The translations under genes were made by a program, and so were the position numbers. The notes under the pieces were generated by a model, which did not search any database, was not told the DNA's origin, and saw only the letters and a list, made by a program, of their open reading frames with translations. Of a DNA stretch of 64,000 nucleotides, positions 11,703-25,379 are shown piece by piece (the stretch's first letter is position 1; the number at the start of each line of letters is the position of its first letter). The stretch is taken from assembly GCA_905178155.1 (NCBI GenBank), contig CAJINV010000003.1, positions 10,346,339-10,410,338 of the forward strand. The letters are read 5' to 3'. Source of the stretch: Amoebophrya sp. A120 (lineage: Eukaryota > Protista > Dinoflagellata).

Positions 11703-12922
11703 AGGCCGTGCGATTAATGGGCCCCCTTTTCGATACCGAAAAGGGGGGGGTAGGTGCGGTCGGTCGTCTGGCGGGCCGTATCCAGACATGGCCGGGTGAC
11801 CAGTTTTCCATCCTTTCCGGACTTCAAAAATCTAAATCCGCAACTTCCTGCCCCGGCAAAAAAGCTTTCGTTTTGTTTGCTGCGGTTTCTCAGCGTGTCT
11901 CTCTTCTGCTGCGGTTTCTGCGGTGTGGCTGGAACAGAATGAAACAGAACGACAGAAATTTCTTGGGCGCGCGCGGCGCGCGCGCGGATCGGCATACGGA
12001 TGCGACAACAGAAAACGCTTAAAGCGCGTGACGCGCGCGCGCAAACTGAAAAGAAGCTCGCGGCGTGCGCTGGTGTGCGCGCACAGCGGAGAACATGCAG
12101 TGGAGAACGTGCCGCCCTAGTGACCGAAGTGGCCGTCTCAGCTTTTCCAAATGCAGGAAGTGCTGGGATGGTCGCTGCAACAACCCGAGGGTGGTTGTGC
12201 AATGCTGCGCTCTAAGTAGCTGCCTCCTGGTGGTCTATTGCGTCGCAGCGCCGTTTTTGTGCAATAGAGCTACTTCGCAGGAGAAGAAGCTTCGTCGTGA
12301 TGCATTGCGAACCGCCTTCGTTTTTGAGCAGTAGAGCTGCTCCACAGTGAGTTCACCTCTACAAACTGCGCCCAAGCTACTGCGAAGCAGTTCTTTTTTT
12401 CCGCGGTAGGTCCACGGTCTACGTCTACAGCTACCAAATGGGATTGCTATCAAGTTGGAGATGATTTCCTCCAGGGTACTAGCTGCGCTGCTGCGAGGTT
12501 CTGCGAAAGAAAGCCGCCCCCTTTGTCTTGGGAGAACAAACGGGGCCGGCTTTATTTTGAGAAGCAGAAAGCGCGTCGCTTGCGCTTTCCTTCTCTTGCG
12601 CTTTTTTTGTTTTAAAGAAAAAGAAAAAAGAAGAACTCGCTCCATAACGTCGGCACTGTGTACTTTGCGCACGGTAGTGCGCCTCACAACCAAGCGAAGC
12701 TAGCTGTAGCTGGGCACCGCATGTGGCTGCGCTTTTGAAAAAACAAAGCGGCGAAAGGCGTCAAGCGCGCCGTGCCGCCCGGATTCAGATTCGCGATAGG
12801 TTTCGCGATAAACAGCCCCCGGATTTCGAAAGGGGGGGCGTGGGGGGGGGTAAGGTCGGTCAGATTCCCGCTTCTACCCTCCTTTTCGGTATCGAAAAGG
12901 GGGCCGATTAATCGCGCAGCCT
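11703..12922. mobile_element. Intergenic non-autonomous TIR element with ~50-bp TIRs
   Basis: AGGCCGTGCGATTAATGGGCCCCCTTTTCGATACCGAAAAGGGGGGGGTAG at the left end and its near reverse complement at 12874-12922. A related single end lies at ~59692-59735. Confidence 0.85.
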
Positions 12923-13024
12923 GAGCCTCATTAGATATCATATTTATAGGCTATCGCTATAGACTATTACTATTATGTTTATGATCATCATGCTAGCAAG
13001 ATGATGACGATGATGATGATTTCC

Positions 13025-13135
13025 TCCGCCCGGACAGGTTCAAAATGAAAATCGACAAAAGGAAAGACGTTTGTTGACTGTCTGATCGTTCCACGGTCCG
13101 CATGAGATCGGAGTAGTGTTCAAGGTGGCATTGAA
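13025..13135 (+). repeat. Dispersed repeat, second copy at ~25960-26050
   Basis: ACAGGTTCAAAAT..CGACAAAAG.AAAGACGTT..CTGTCTGATCGT..GAGATCG..TGTTC.AGGTGGCA is shared by both loci, each preceded by an AT-rich tract. Confidence 0.7.
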
Positions 13136-15578
13136 ACGCCGTTGCTTAATCGGAGCTAAAACTTGATAAAGATACTTATTTTTCGGAGGATGTCGATCTC
13201 TAACTCTATGTCATATTCATATGAACGAAGTTTCCCACTTGACACACCGCGCCGCACCACATCAGCAGCAGAGCCGGCGTTGGATCGCGATACTTATTGC
13301 CGCAACGGTATCACGGGCGAGGAAAGTCGCCAAACGGCCTGCCTTGCCCCCCCTCCCGAAATTTGTGCAGGGCCCCCGGAAGCCGCCGCCGCTTTGCGGG
13401 CCTCAGAATCGGCCTCGTTAGGCCGTTTGCGGGCCTCAGAAAAAGCGTCAGGATTGACCTCGGGCCCCGGCAGCTGGACTCGCGGCAAAAACATAGCTGG
13501 AAAAGACTTGGAAGAGACCGCAAACCCGGGGCGGCTGCTTTGCGACCTCTGCAAGCCAATCCCGGCGGCGTCATGGTTGACGGGGGTCGTTAAGTTGAGC
13601 CCTGCCAGTGTGTGCGTATGGTTGGGGGAAGTTTTTTGCGCCTTGTTCTGGCGAAGCACATTCATTGCCGGAGGTGGCGCATTGTTGCCGCCGCTCCCTT
13701 CGGCCCCCCCGCAACAAGTTGGAACGCCGTAGCAGCGGGGCAAAGAAAAAAGCGTCACGGTCTGGCCGCGACGGTATGGCGGCGGGCCGCCGCTTTTGCG
13801 GTTCTTTTCCTTTTTGGTACACAGTGGCACCCTGCCAAAAAGTGCTACGCCCTAGCCCCGACACCCTGGGCCGCGTCGCGGTTTTTTGATTGCGTATTTT
13901 TGCGCATCACGGAGGGCGCCCCGCCGAAAAGCACCACGCGCCCCGCCTGGTGGCGTGTTACTTCCGGCGTTATGGAATTTGGCCGCAAGTTCGCGCGTGC
14001 GGCGGCAGGGCGCAGGCACTGAGAGGCAGACCAATAAAAAAGGCCGCAACCCTTCTTCTGTCTAGCCCGAAAGAAGTAACGCAAAAGAGGCCGCATTTTG
14101 GGAAGCCTTAGCCTACGGTTGGAGCGTGTTGACGGGCGTCTATGAAGAACAGCAATGCCCAAACTCTCACCGTGTTCAGAGCGCACAGCAGCGAGCGCCG
14201 CAAATCTGTGAGGATCGGGATTTCGCGAAAAGATCTTGCCCGCAGCGCAAAACGTCAACCAACAACAAAACGAAGGAGACCAAGAATTCTTCAGGGCGAC
14301 TCAAAAAAACAGACAGGAACTCCTCACCAATAGAAAGCCAGTTCTTAGTGGAGGTTCGTTGTGCTTGCAAATGATGCGAAGACAATCACGAGTGAAGAAG
14401 TTTGCTTTTGCGCCGTTGCAAAAAAATTTTGAGCCCCGAAAAGAGTTAGGGACTTCGAGACTAAGACGCGCGGCAGACTGCAAAAGCGCGACGCAGTTCG
14501 TACCTTCTGTTCCATCTCTGGAAAAATTAAAATGCGCGAAGCAAATTTCGACGCTTTGCGTTGCCTTCTAACTATGTGAAAATAAAAAACGTAAACCGCC
14601 CGACCGAGAGGAATCAGCGCTCAGCGTTCCGCTAAGCATTGAACTGCTACTCCGTGGAGGTCTCGCCAGGGGCCTCCTTTAGGCAATTTCGGGTTCTGAT
14701 TTCAGAATAGATATTCGAGACCGTTAGGGGTCGGGGCTCTCCTTTTGAGCCTCACCTGCGAAGTGCCGTTCTGTTTGGCTCTAGGAGAAAATAGAGCGCC
14801 GGGAATGCAACCTGTGGAGGTCGGAGGCTTCCTTCAGGGTCTCCTTTAAGGTCTCCCTCGCAAGGTTTGCTCGTGATTAGACGCAGAAAAGAGCGCGCCA
14901 GAGATAGTGCGACCTCTCGCGGTCAGGGCTCTCATCGTTTGAGGTCACTTTGTAGCTCTCTAAAGCTATAGCGCCGTCGTGCAAAGCCAAATGTTTTTTT
15001 TGAAGCTCTATGGGTTTTCTTTTGTGCAGATTGTGGGTCTTCTTGAGCGTCGACGACGTCAGGTCTTTAGTTGAGTTGGTTACTGTCTATCGGTCTCATC
15101 TTCGGCATGCTTGTCGCACATGAAGTCGAAAAATTTGTGAGTAAGTGTGGTCGGCCACCCGGAGCATCCATTGTTCGAGTGGAAATCAGATAAATTTCCA
15201 AGATGGTTATGGTTTCTTATTCTCTCGTCGCACGATGTACGAGGTTATATTTTTATCGAGAAGCAGCAGCTGAAACATAAAACGAGGTCGCCGCTGATCC
15301 CAACCCTACTGATAATCAAAGACGAAGATGACGAGACGAGAATAAAAAATCAACAAGCTGCCTGCGACTCCGTAAGTGAGACAGCGAAGGCGAACCACTG
15401 GACAGAACAGAGGAGATAAATGAAATTCGCATTTTCTTGGCTGCCGCTCCACATACTTTGCCGCTGCAGGAAAAAGTGCAAAAGAAAAGGAACATATCTA
15501 TGCAAATACAACTGTCCACTAGAAGAAATTTTCGGGGTGGTAGTGGATGCCGCATGTCGTGACAAGGTCGTGGTGCCG

Positions 15579-18500
15579 ATGGCCCTTCACTCTAGCATCA
15601 CTATGCGAGTATTTGCAAAGGACATGCTGCCTCTTGCGCCTGCTGTTCCAAACACATTGAGGAGCCGGAGGTGCCCATGTTGTCTGGTGCTTGCTTCTCT
15701 TCTTTTATGCCTCCACGATGGCCCGGTGTCAGTTACTGCGCTTTCCCAGCAACGGGTACTGGTAAAGAAATGGAAAATGGTAAAGAAGCGTGCTGCAGCT
15801 CGACGGGAACAGAAAGCAGTTGACGCTGGCTACGATGAGCAGCCGGCTTCGGCGCTAGTTGCTCCCAAGACAAGCCACAGCACGGCGCACTACGACCACG
15901 ATCCACATCGCGACCAGCGCTTACACACCGGTCGGTGGAGCTCCTTTTTCGACATGGGGCAGAGCTCCGTTGAAACTTCGGGCAAGCCTCTGCACCTTCA
16001 GCAGCAGATAGAATCTCAAGGGGTGCGCGTTCCTTTTTTTGTGTACGATAATCACGAATTGACAATGAACAATTGGTATGAATTGCAAAACTCTCGTACT
16101 CGTAGAAAGGCATTACAAATTTCCTCATCGCGACAAATGGTAATGGACCCTCTTATGCTGATTCAGCTTGAAAAAGCATGGGAAATTTGTCGTGCATGAT
16201 GACTGCGATTAGTACGAGCGCGATACTTTTGCACAGGATAATTGGACGCACGTCTGTGTAACCGAGCGTGATTGCGCGGACGTCTCGCTTTTGCAGGCAT
16301 TGCGAAAACATCCGTGGCGGACTGCGTCACCGGAGGACGCCGAGATTTTTGTCGTGCCGACACAATTTTTGCAGTCGCGCCAGCTCGACGAAAAAAGAAA
16401 AACCGGGGGGGGCAAGAACCGCGGACACGATAGACGCACGCGCACAGCGCTCAACTGGCTCTTCACGCAAAGTCCCTGGTTTCGCAGAAGGCAGGGGCGC
16501 GACCACCTCTTGTTGGCGAACCCCTGGTACTTTTCTCGTTTGACGACCGACGAATATCGCGACGGAGAATACCCCTGGCCCCGCGCATACCCAAAAGAAA
16601 AATATGTGATGCGAATTTGTGGCCACCATTCAATTGGAATTGCAATTCGCAAAAAGGCTGGCGCCGAGGTGCACGCCGCGTTATGGAGTCGCTTTGTCAT
16701 ATTGTTGGGCCTACAGAGCGGGCGCCGCCTATGCTAAACCAAGAATAGGCCCGCGCGCTCCTAGAGAGCAGGCTGGGCCTCTGCCTGGCTTCCGTTCCGT
16801 AGTTTACAGCAAGACAGATCTCCGCTCTAATCTGGGTCTGGCTTTGGCTATGGGGCGCGGGGTTTCTTCATTTTGATGCCGTACGAGATAAGTGCATACC
16901 AAAAGATGCGTGGCCAGCTTTGAGCGAGACCATCCTGACGCGAGAAGAAGTAGTACACATGTCATCCTGGGAAAACTCTTTCAAAAGAGGCCCGAAAGCC
17001 TGGTGGCGACACCCGCAGAATTTGTTCTCCGTACCATGGGAGTCGACAAAACGTAGCGTCGTGACTCCAATTGAGATGTACCCCGATGTGCAAGTTGTGC
17101 CCGCGGAGTTCACGCCAGCTTGGAAAAATCGCCAGCACCTGATTTTCTACCACACGCGAAAACCGGCGTCCTATCATTTGGGAGACCTTCAGGCAATGGA
17201 ATTTGTTGCTTCCGCACCCATTCAGATAGAAGTGCTGAGTAGAGAGAAGACATTCATATTTGTATTTCTTTTGCCCGTGTTTTTGGGGGGAATGAAGAAA
17301 GTATCTATAAAGTTAAGGATAGGAGTCGTTAACTATAAAGCCGGCACATTTGTTCCGGACGAATTTGATACATGTAGTCGCGGACTAATGCAGGCTGGAG
17401 CTGGTGCCTTTCGGATTAGCTCCGGAATGTGAAGGCTTTGAAAGCTTAGGGTAAGGCTTCAAAGCCTTAGATTAAGGCTCCTAAGATTTCAAAATCTTAA
17501 CATTCCGGATTAAACCGTTTGCGGATTTATCCGAGGAAGACATCAGTTTTTATATGTAGTAAGGCCAAGAACTACGCTCTAAGCTAGCGGCTTCTTTGAC
17601 AGGCATCACGCAAAACGACCGGCAGTGTTCATTCGGCCGGCAGGTTTTTTGCACAACCGTAAAAAGTCTCCATTTCTCAATCGGGTGGGGCTTTGAGTTT
17701 GATAGCAAACAAGCCCGGACGGATCCTATCGGTTCCCGATTGTGATATGATAAAACGACGCACACGCAGGGGACGAGCCGGCAAAAGGGGCGCCCTTCTG
17801 AGGCGCCCGCCGCATCTGCTTACGCCGATTCGGGGCGCCCAAAAAGGGACGCGCAGCAAATGCCTCGAATTTCAACGCCGCGCATCCCCATGGTACGCAT
17901 TGGCCCTTCTTGTGCCCATTTTTGGAGGTCGCAAAGCCGGCCGCAAAAGCCGGCCACTTGTAACGCGGGGGGCAATCCAGCAGGTGCGACTTTTAAACAA
18001 AAAAAAGAAATAACTTCACAGGCCGCCAAAAGCAGGAAGCTAGCCAATCCGCATGCTATCGGCCCGCTTTTGGGGGCCAATAGGGTCGGCCCTGGTGGAG
18101 CCCCTGGCGGGGTCATAGCGTGCTCCTGGAAAAAGTTTCATCTCTGAAGTCTGCGCCTCGGGGCCGGCCGCGGCCTCGAGACGCTCTACCAGAGACTCGC
18201 TATCTTTCTGGGTGGTGTAGGTGCAACAGACAGGGGCCTTGCTTTTTTTCCGTTTACTTTAGCAGGCCAGCGGGGCAAGCCAGACTGATAGAAGGATCGG
18301 CCACGGCTTTAGGGTCGTGCGTGTACGATTGAGGAGCCCTAGGTCAAGAGGGGGCAGCAAAGTGCAAGCGGCTTCGTGTTCCCCACGGCGCTCGGTGGCG
18401 TCGGGCTGGTCGTTTCTTGACTACGCGCGAAGCAAGTGGCCGGGCATTCGCTTGGGGCCGGCGGGAGCTTCCTCTTCGACATCGTTAGGGTCTAGGTTTG

Positions 18501-20582
18501 GCCGGCCCTTGACCCTTACCCGGTCCGTGGCTTTCGGTGGTTTCCCTACAATCTCCTGAACACTAAGGGCGGACAGGCACAGGTGGCAACCCTGGTCGAC
18601 CCCAAGCGCAAACGGCTACCCGTCCACTATTCAAACGGGCGGCGTCCGGGCGTTGACGTCTGTGGTACGCATACGGCTGGCGAACAGCCCAGCGCATGCA
18701 ATTAACCTGGAGGAGGTTAGCGCATCACTGTGGCAGTTCGTGGCAAGCTCGCCGGATAGTTTTAGTTTAGCTGCTGGCTGGGCTTCTATGTCGAAGCAGC
18801 TTGCTTCGCATTGTCTTCCTTTGTTTCTTTCTGCTAGCCCTGACCTCGGACTGACTACCAACCCACAGGAAGTTCTCCTCGCCTCCTCCTTCAAGCCAAC
18901 TTGTTTGCGATGGAAAATCCACAAAGCAAAGCGGCCACGCGTTAGAACTAGGGGAGCTTTTCGCCACGGCTGCGGTGCGTATTTTTTTGCTGGGAAGATT
19001 CCCCTCCTCCTGCTCGCGTTTTCTAGATAGGAGCCGAAGCATAACACGCGGAGGACTAATTTTGATGAGCCCGCTAGGCCGTGGCAGATTTCTCCTCCAG
19101 CCGGAAACTGTGCGCATTTTTACCCGGGACAACCCGGCGCAAATTGGAGGAGGAGGAGAAGCACGCGACCCCGTGCCCGAGGCCGAGCAGCGCATGTGTT
19201 GCGTTCTAGGGCCGAGGCCTACCGCCGCGTAATTAGCGTTCTAGCACCTACTCAAGATGAAGCGCGTGGCTGTTTCTATTGGGGTTCATCTGTATAGTGC
19301 TTTGCGTATGTGTGTAGCGCCGAAGGTCCAGCACGCACTCATGAAGCCCGACCGCGACCGGGTTACGATCTTACGTATGCAAACCACGAGGATGGAACGA
19401 AGTGACTTCTACATGGCGCCCGCGCGAATGCGGGCGCTATAAATACTCAGTCCAAGACGTAGCCCCTTTCTTCCTGCTTCGTGTTTACTGCGGTAACATT
19501 ACAAACCTGTGGGAAGCATTCGGAGCGAGCTGATGTCTCAGACTCAGACTCGAGCTGGTATCTCAAAGTCAAGCGCGAGCTGGTGCCTCAAACTCAGACT
19601 CGAGCTCGATTCTCAAACTGAGGCTTGCTGCTGGGCTTCTAGCTGACGCCTGCGCTCTTTTATGCCATAGCAGTTTAGTAATATCTCCATCTCGATAGCT
19701 ATACTGTTGGCCGCATTGAGTGGCCAAAGCTGCTACCGGAGTGCGTAGGTCTTTCAATCGCCACAAGCGCCTCAATCTCTCAGCAGACAGGGCGCAAGCC
19801 TCTGGCTGCGTTGCATCCTGTGGGCACGGCCCACAGGATGCAACTGCGTGCGCACTGCGTCTCATCATTCAAGGCCCAGCGTCGTGCGTCATCATCTCGC
19901 CACAGGCTCTGAGGCCCCAGATCTCTAGTCATTCTGGGACCTACTCCCCACTCTTTGCGCCCAGGTTTGATCTAGGTAGGAGACCCCTGATAAAGTTTCG
20001 ACCAAGGACTTGGCCAGATTCTGGGACCTCAGGAGGCCGGCCAGATCGATACCGTAGAAGCCTGCGCAAGGTTTGATCTAGGGCGGCCGTCCTGGGTAGA
20101 GTTTTTAACAAGGGCGGACGTTCTAAGTAAAATCCTAACCAGGGAGCTACCAAGCCTGAGAACAGAGCGCGAATCCTCTGGAGAGCCTGACCCGCTCCCG
20201 GATCTCATCAAGTCACCACGTGAATTCGGAGAGCAGGCATTTCGGGATCTCATAGGAGCTGCAGTCCTGCGTAGAGGTAGGGTGTAGATCGCATGGCCAG
20301 CGTGTACAGTGATAGGATTGCCAGTGCGCAAGGTGAAGGTAGAAGCGTCGCGATATGTATCGGATTCGGATGCAAAATTTCAGATTGGCTTTCCAGCGCA
20401 GCTTCATAGTATCGGCTTCGGTGCAACTTCGCTTCGCCACTTACCGACCAAGGACCCAAAGTTGTGGCCCGGCTGTGATATCGGATTCGATACGACTCGA
20501 GAGAAGTGGGTCCGTGGCTGGAAGGACGCAAAGTTTTGCCTTGTTATCCGCGGAGACATTCCGATTACGGATAGGACGTGGG
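15579..20582 (+). CDS. Exostosin family (GT47-like) glycosyltransferase; 3' part not resolved
   Basis: N-terminal hydrophobic segment (CCLVLASLLLCL), then VPFFVYD, DVSLLQALRKHPWRTASPEDAEIFVVP, GRDHLLLA, LIFYHTR and AKFCLVIRGDIP. Approximate exons 15579-16076, 16246-~16600, ~16896-17167, 20410-~20582. The expected GCIPV motif downstream was not found. Confidence 0.75.
16077..16240 (+). mobile_element. 164-bp family-B TAT...ATA introner (exostosin intron 1)
   Basis: Perfect 5-bp repeat ATTGG (16072-16076 / 16241-16245). TIR TATGAATTGCAAAACTCTCGTACTCGTA vs TACGAGCGCGATACTTTTGCACAGGATA. Removal gives NNW|THVCVTERDCADVSLLQALRKHPW. Confidence 0.9.
17168..20409 (+). other. 3242-nt GT-AG intron with introner-like ends (GTCC-TAT...ATA-G), filled with repeats
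   Basis: Joins RKPA|IGFGATSLRHLP in frame. The interior has palindromic AAGGCTT/AAAGCCTT tracts (17430-17490) and CTCAGACTCGAG repeats. Confidence 0.65.
19536..19690 (+). repeat. CTCAGACTCGAGCT subterminal repeat block, second copy at ~25776-25910
   Basis: Reiterated CTCA(G/A)ACTC(A/G)AG units followed by CTTTTA.GCCA..G.AGTT..AATATCT at both loci. Confidence 0.65.
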
Positions 20583-21968
20583 GGTTGGCTCGCCTCTCTG
20601 ACACTTCTAAAATACCTTCGAGATGCTTTATTTGGTTTTTGAAAGTTCGCATATATATTGGACTCGTGCCCTAGAAAACGACAACGACTTTCGATTTGAA
20701 AATCCGCACTGTGAATCCATACAGAAGAATCATTTTTTTTAATGCCGCTTCCGCTTCGTTTCGGACCCTGAGAGGTTTGCTTTTGTTTCATGATTTGCGC
20801 GCCCGGGTTTCAGGGGTCATTTTCTGGCTGCCGTTTTCGCAGGCCGGAAAAGCATTTTGGCGCACCCTGGCCGAGCTTCGAAATAATAGCCCGCGGGAAA
20901 ACAAAGCGAAAGGCCTCGGGCGGCGACAGTTCGCCGGCATGTGAGTCCTTTCGCACCTGACAGGTGCGGCATGTTCCAAAAGAGCCTGCCTGTGGACCTT
21001 CCTTGCAGTCGTTGGGCTGCCCAAACTGGGGAATATGTGCGCCGGTTGGTTCTTCACTGTCCGGCGGCCGTGGTCCCATCTACTCGGAGCGGGCCGGGCC
21101 ATTTGGTTTTGGGCACTTATTGGCTTTTTCTTCTTTCGAAGCAAGCAGGAATTGACTCTGTCGCGCGAACCGTGCAAGCCCAAGCGTAGTAGCATGGACA
21201 AAGTCTTCGCGTTCGCATTCGCTGGGAGAGGGCGAGAACTTTTATCGCCGAGAGATGCTCTTCGTCATCGTTTAAGACTAAAAACAATCGCGAGAAGCAA
21301 GGCGGTATAGGTGTAGGAAGCTTAACGCCTTTGCTCGTACAAAACCGCAAGAATCTCTGCCCCTGCCGCTCTACTATGCTCTGGAGCCGGCTAAGGGGAA
21401 TCATTTGGGGGGGAGAGCAGTGGAAGAGGGTCGATGGCTTTTTGTTCTTTTTTTTTTAGTCTAGGTCGGAGGAGCAGGGGTCTCAGGCTGGGGTCAAGGG
21501 CTTTAAGGAGGCAACTGGGAGATGCAGGATGTAGCCCCGTGCTTTCTTGCGTTTCCCGGTGGCGTTCGCGTACCGCTACCAGAGCTTCGGCGCAGGTGGC
21601 ACAGGCAGGAAGTGCAAGAAGAGGCGTCTTGCTTACGACCTGGACTTTGTTTCTGTGGCGCCTGTGCTGACGCAAGGAAGGGCAAGCGGAGGCGGCTTGT
21701 CTTGGACGTTGTGGCTGTGTGGAGGTTGATCGGTGCAGTACGGATGAGGTTGCAGCATTGCGCCTTTGTGAAGCCAGGGCTGATTGAAGGCGCCGGCAGC
21801 TTTCCTCGTTCTCCCCGGTAACTCCCCGAGTTTGGCCGTTCACCACTAAAACGGGCGGCGTTTCGTCAAGCTCCGGCGGCGATTGGTTGAGACACTAGGC
21901 GCCAGCCACTTAGTACAAGCAGGGACGTAGATAGTACGCTAAAGATCAGGCACTCGCTCGCCAAAAGA

Positions 21969-22077
21969 TATTGAGGAAAAGACACCCACCCCCATCCATT
22001 TTTTGCATGGCAAGCAGTGGACTTTGCGCATGTTTTGCATGACAAATTGGATGGGGATGGGTGTTCTTGCCTGGATA
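21969..22077 (+). mobile_element. 109-bp family-A MITE
   Basis: TATTGAGGAAAA...CCTGGATA with internal inverted arms CACCC..CCCCATCCATTT / AAATTGGATGGGGATGGGTG and a perfect 5-bp target duplication AAAGA (21964-21968 / 22078-22082). Confidence 0.9.
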
Positions 22078-23536
22078 AAAGAAGCGGGCACGCAATTGCC
22101 TGGCGACTCTTTGTCAGGTGTCGAAGTCCTCTGCTGTAGGTAGTTCGCGTCTCCGATCCAGCAGGCTCCTAGGAAGGTGATCACGCAAATCAAAATCAAA
22201 ACCACATGAAAACATTAGCGAAACAAAGAAGATCGCAAAAGAAAGGCAAGAAAGCGTGGCGAGGACAAATCCACAAGGATGAGCAAGCTCAAGGGCTTAG
22301 AGGGTACAGGCAAGGGCTTAAAGGCAAGGCCACGGGGCGGCGTTGGGCATAAGTTCGCGCTTTCTACTAGTGCTTCATCCCGGTGGCGTCTGTGTGGCAT
22401 CGCTAAAGGAGGTAAAGCCTCGGCTGCGGCGGTGTTGACAGGAAGGGAGAGCAGAGGAGGCTTGCTCAGGGCCTGTTAGTTTTGAGGACATCTGTTGGAC
22501 ACATCAAGGAATGGCAAGCGCGGAAGGCTTTTTTTGGGCCTTGTGGCTGCGCGCAGGGTGGCAAGATAAACACGAATGGAGAGCAGGGGGCAGCGCAGTG
22601 CTATGCCTGCCGGAAGCCAAGGTCAAGGAGAAGAAGCGCCTGGGTTCTTTCTCTCCACGGCAACTCCCCAGGTCTGGTTGTTCAACATCAAAGCGGACGG
22701 GCGCTTTTTTGTGTAGTTCTGGTGGGAATTTGTTGAGACGCCCCTTCATCTCAGGGACTCAATTAGTACGCACAGCAGTAGTTACTCGCTCGCCTGGAGA
22801 AGCGTCGTGCTCGCGGCCGCTGATTTTTTCTTTGTCCGTCGGAGGTTCATAAGTAGGCCCCTTTCGGGCGACTTCAAGGCCAGAAATTTGACGCCAGGCG
22901 CCTTGGCGTAGGTCTTTGGAAGGTGTGCGCCTTGTGCCGGTTTCTCCTCGTCGCTCGTGCGCTCGACGCTCTGACGCATTTTTCCGAGCGCGTGACTTTG
23001 GCGGCCGGGCGTCAGTCTGTGATCTCACTCTCGCCCCAGCCTCTGGCCAGATCGCCCGCCGCTTCGCCCCCCCCGGCCGGGCGCGGTCTTTTTGAAAACG
23101 GCCAAGGTCGGCCGCTCTTCAGCCTCGTACGTGGGTGCACGCCGTGGCATGGCGCCGCCCAGCCGGCCAGGGCGGTCGGCATTTTTGAACAGTGCCCGCA
23201 AGTGTGCGCACTCTGGCCCGAGACCATCAGTGGCCGCGCCCTTGTTGGTAGTGTCTGTGGCGGATCATACCGCCGCGCGGGCAAGGCTGCGGCAAGATGC
23301 TTACTTTCGCGCAGCGCCCGGCGCGGCTTTGCCAAGGGGGGCCGGAGCGTGGCGTCGCGCGCATGGGGTTCGGTGGCGCCCTCTTTCTGCCACTCGGGAG
23401 GGCCTTGGGTGCCGCCGCGTGGCCGCGGGAGGTTGCAAGAGGTCGACCGGGAGGGTGCCTGCTCTTCTGCGCGGGCGCAATAGCGTCGCGCGCATGCATT
23501 GGGCACTGATCGGTGTAGGGGTCCTGGTCCACAGGG

Positions 23537-23636
23537 NNNNNNNNNNNNNNNNNNNNNNNNNNNNNNNNNNNNNNNNNNNNNNNNNNNNNNNNNNNNNNNN
23601 NNNNNNNNNNNNNNNNNNNNNNNNNNNNNNNNNNNN
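23537..23636. other. Assembly gap (100 N)
   Basis: Run of N. Confidence 1.
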
Positions 23637-25379
23637 CTGGCGGCGCACAACCGCCCACGAGTTGAGCGCCCCCAGACATGCAAATGCTTGCTGTAGCTAC
23701 GCAGTGCAATACCAAATCGGACGAAAATCAACGGCAGTCGTGGGGAGGTGTTGGTGTTCGCGAGGCACTACGTCCGACGCGCCTCCGAGCCGTGAGGGCA
23801 CTCGGAAGGGTAGGAGAGAGGGACCGAAAGTGCACCTACTCCGGGTGCGGGAGATCCTGGCGAGACAGATCCCACATACAATGCACTGAGACCCATCCGT
23901 CCCCTTGTACGTGCGATGTTTGTGCACAGTGGTCGGCATCACCTGTGGCTTCGATAATAATAATACAACGACCAAAATAGCATTACCATTACAAATCCCA
24001 CAATCTAACTGTAAAACGTATGCGAGGACAACTTGTAAAGCTAAAAAAAGATATTAACGGGGCCTGTTCTTGCAGCGCCTGCGTTAGCGTTCCGTCCCTT
24101 CTCTATTAGTGGACAAAGTGCGCGGTACTCTTCGTTGCTGGGTCGAAGTACAGAGCGAGCTTCGTAGCAAACTCCTATGCTAAGTGAAGTCGTGACCTTG
24201 ACCCGCACAATAGTGGCAGAGCAAAACTCTCTGATTTTCGATAGGTAGGCTACGCAATACAAATTTTCTTCGTCGAGCCACGTGCTAACTCTAAAGCACA
24301 CGACGCCAAAATTAATTCAAAACCAATTCAAACCGATTCCAAAGTGTAGCACTTTCGGTGTTTCGGAAACGTCGGAGCGGCCAGAAAGTCGCTTCCTTCG
24401 TTGTCTCAAATCGGCTAACGTTGAGCGAAAAGCGAAGCGCCCCTCGCCGCCGTCGGCGTTGTCTTGATCTATGTTTCAGAATGTATCTGCTATCGCGCAG
24501 GCCCCATACCATTGTGTGGGGTAGTGACCCGTCCGGCGCATGGCTTCTGTTTGTGGCGATGGCCTAGCCATCTCGTCTGAACCAAGCGCCGTCGTCTCGC
24601 TGAGGCCGCCGCTTGGCGTTGGGTATGGGTTGTCTTCTATAAAGACGAGGAGGACGAGCGGCAGCCTTCGCGCAAAAAAGCAAAGGGCTACTCGGCATTA
24701 CCTAGCGCTACAGCTTCGTTGGCTGGCGCACGGTAGCAGGGGGATGAAAGCGACCGTGCCTGTTCTTGTGCTGAGTGAGTCGCGCCTGTATGTCGGTAGT
24801 TGGGCCGATCCTTCTAGCAGCACGAGCAGAGCCCTAAAAAGAGCAAAGGCGACGCAGGGCTGCAGAGCGTAAGAGCCGGGCCGTGTTTGGTGCGCTTCAA
24901 GGGTAGGACGTAGCGCCAGCGCGTGTGACTTGGAAACGCCGGGGCAGTGTTTTCCCCTTTTGGTTGGCCCAGGGGTTGCTTTTTGAAGCTGTGTGCTGAC
25001 CACACGACAGCGCCCGGTGGAGTGGCGCCAAGATTGGCGGCGTCCCCAGGGTGGGCCCTTGCGATGGAGGAGCAACAGTCTTGGCAGGTCCTTCCAGTCC
25101 CCTTTAGGGTGCGGGATTGCCTGCTCAAGTGTGGACTCCTCGCGTAGTGTGGCCCACCTTTACAGAGCTGCCTGTGGTTTCGCTTATTCCGGCAGCTCGG
25201 GCAACGGAAGTGCATTCCGGACGGAGCTGCCCCGGGGCCGGGCAAGTGGTGCGCTTTTTTGTTGCCAATGGGTGATGTTGCGGCTTGGCTTGCCCAGGTA
25301 CCGCGCCCACTCATAGATGCCCACCCAGTTATCATTTTCCGTATTTTCCGGAGAGCAGAAATTCGAACTCCGATTTTCT

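Noticed and set aside
15246-15419. IFIEKQQLKHK as the last TFIP11 exon
   Set aside because: The exon at ~11246-11347 matches the TFIP11 C-terminus far better and is bounded by a clear inverted repeat.
21520-21550. AGCSPVLSC as the missing exostosin GCIPV exon
   Set aside because: Weak match, no plausible junction to 20582, and the flanking translation does not look like GT47.
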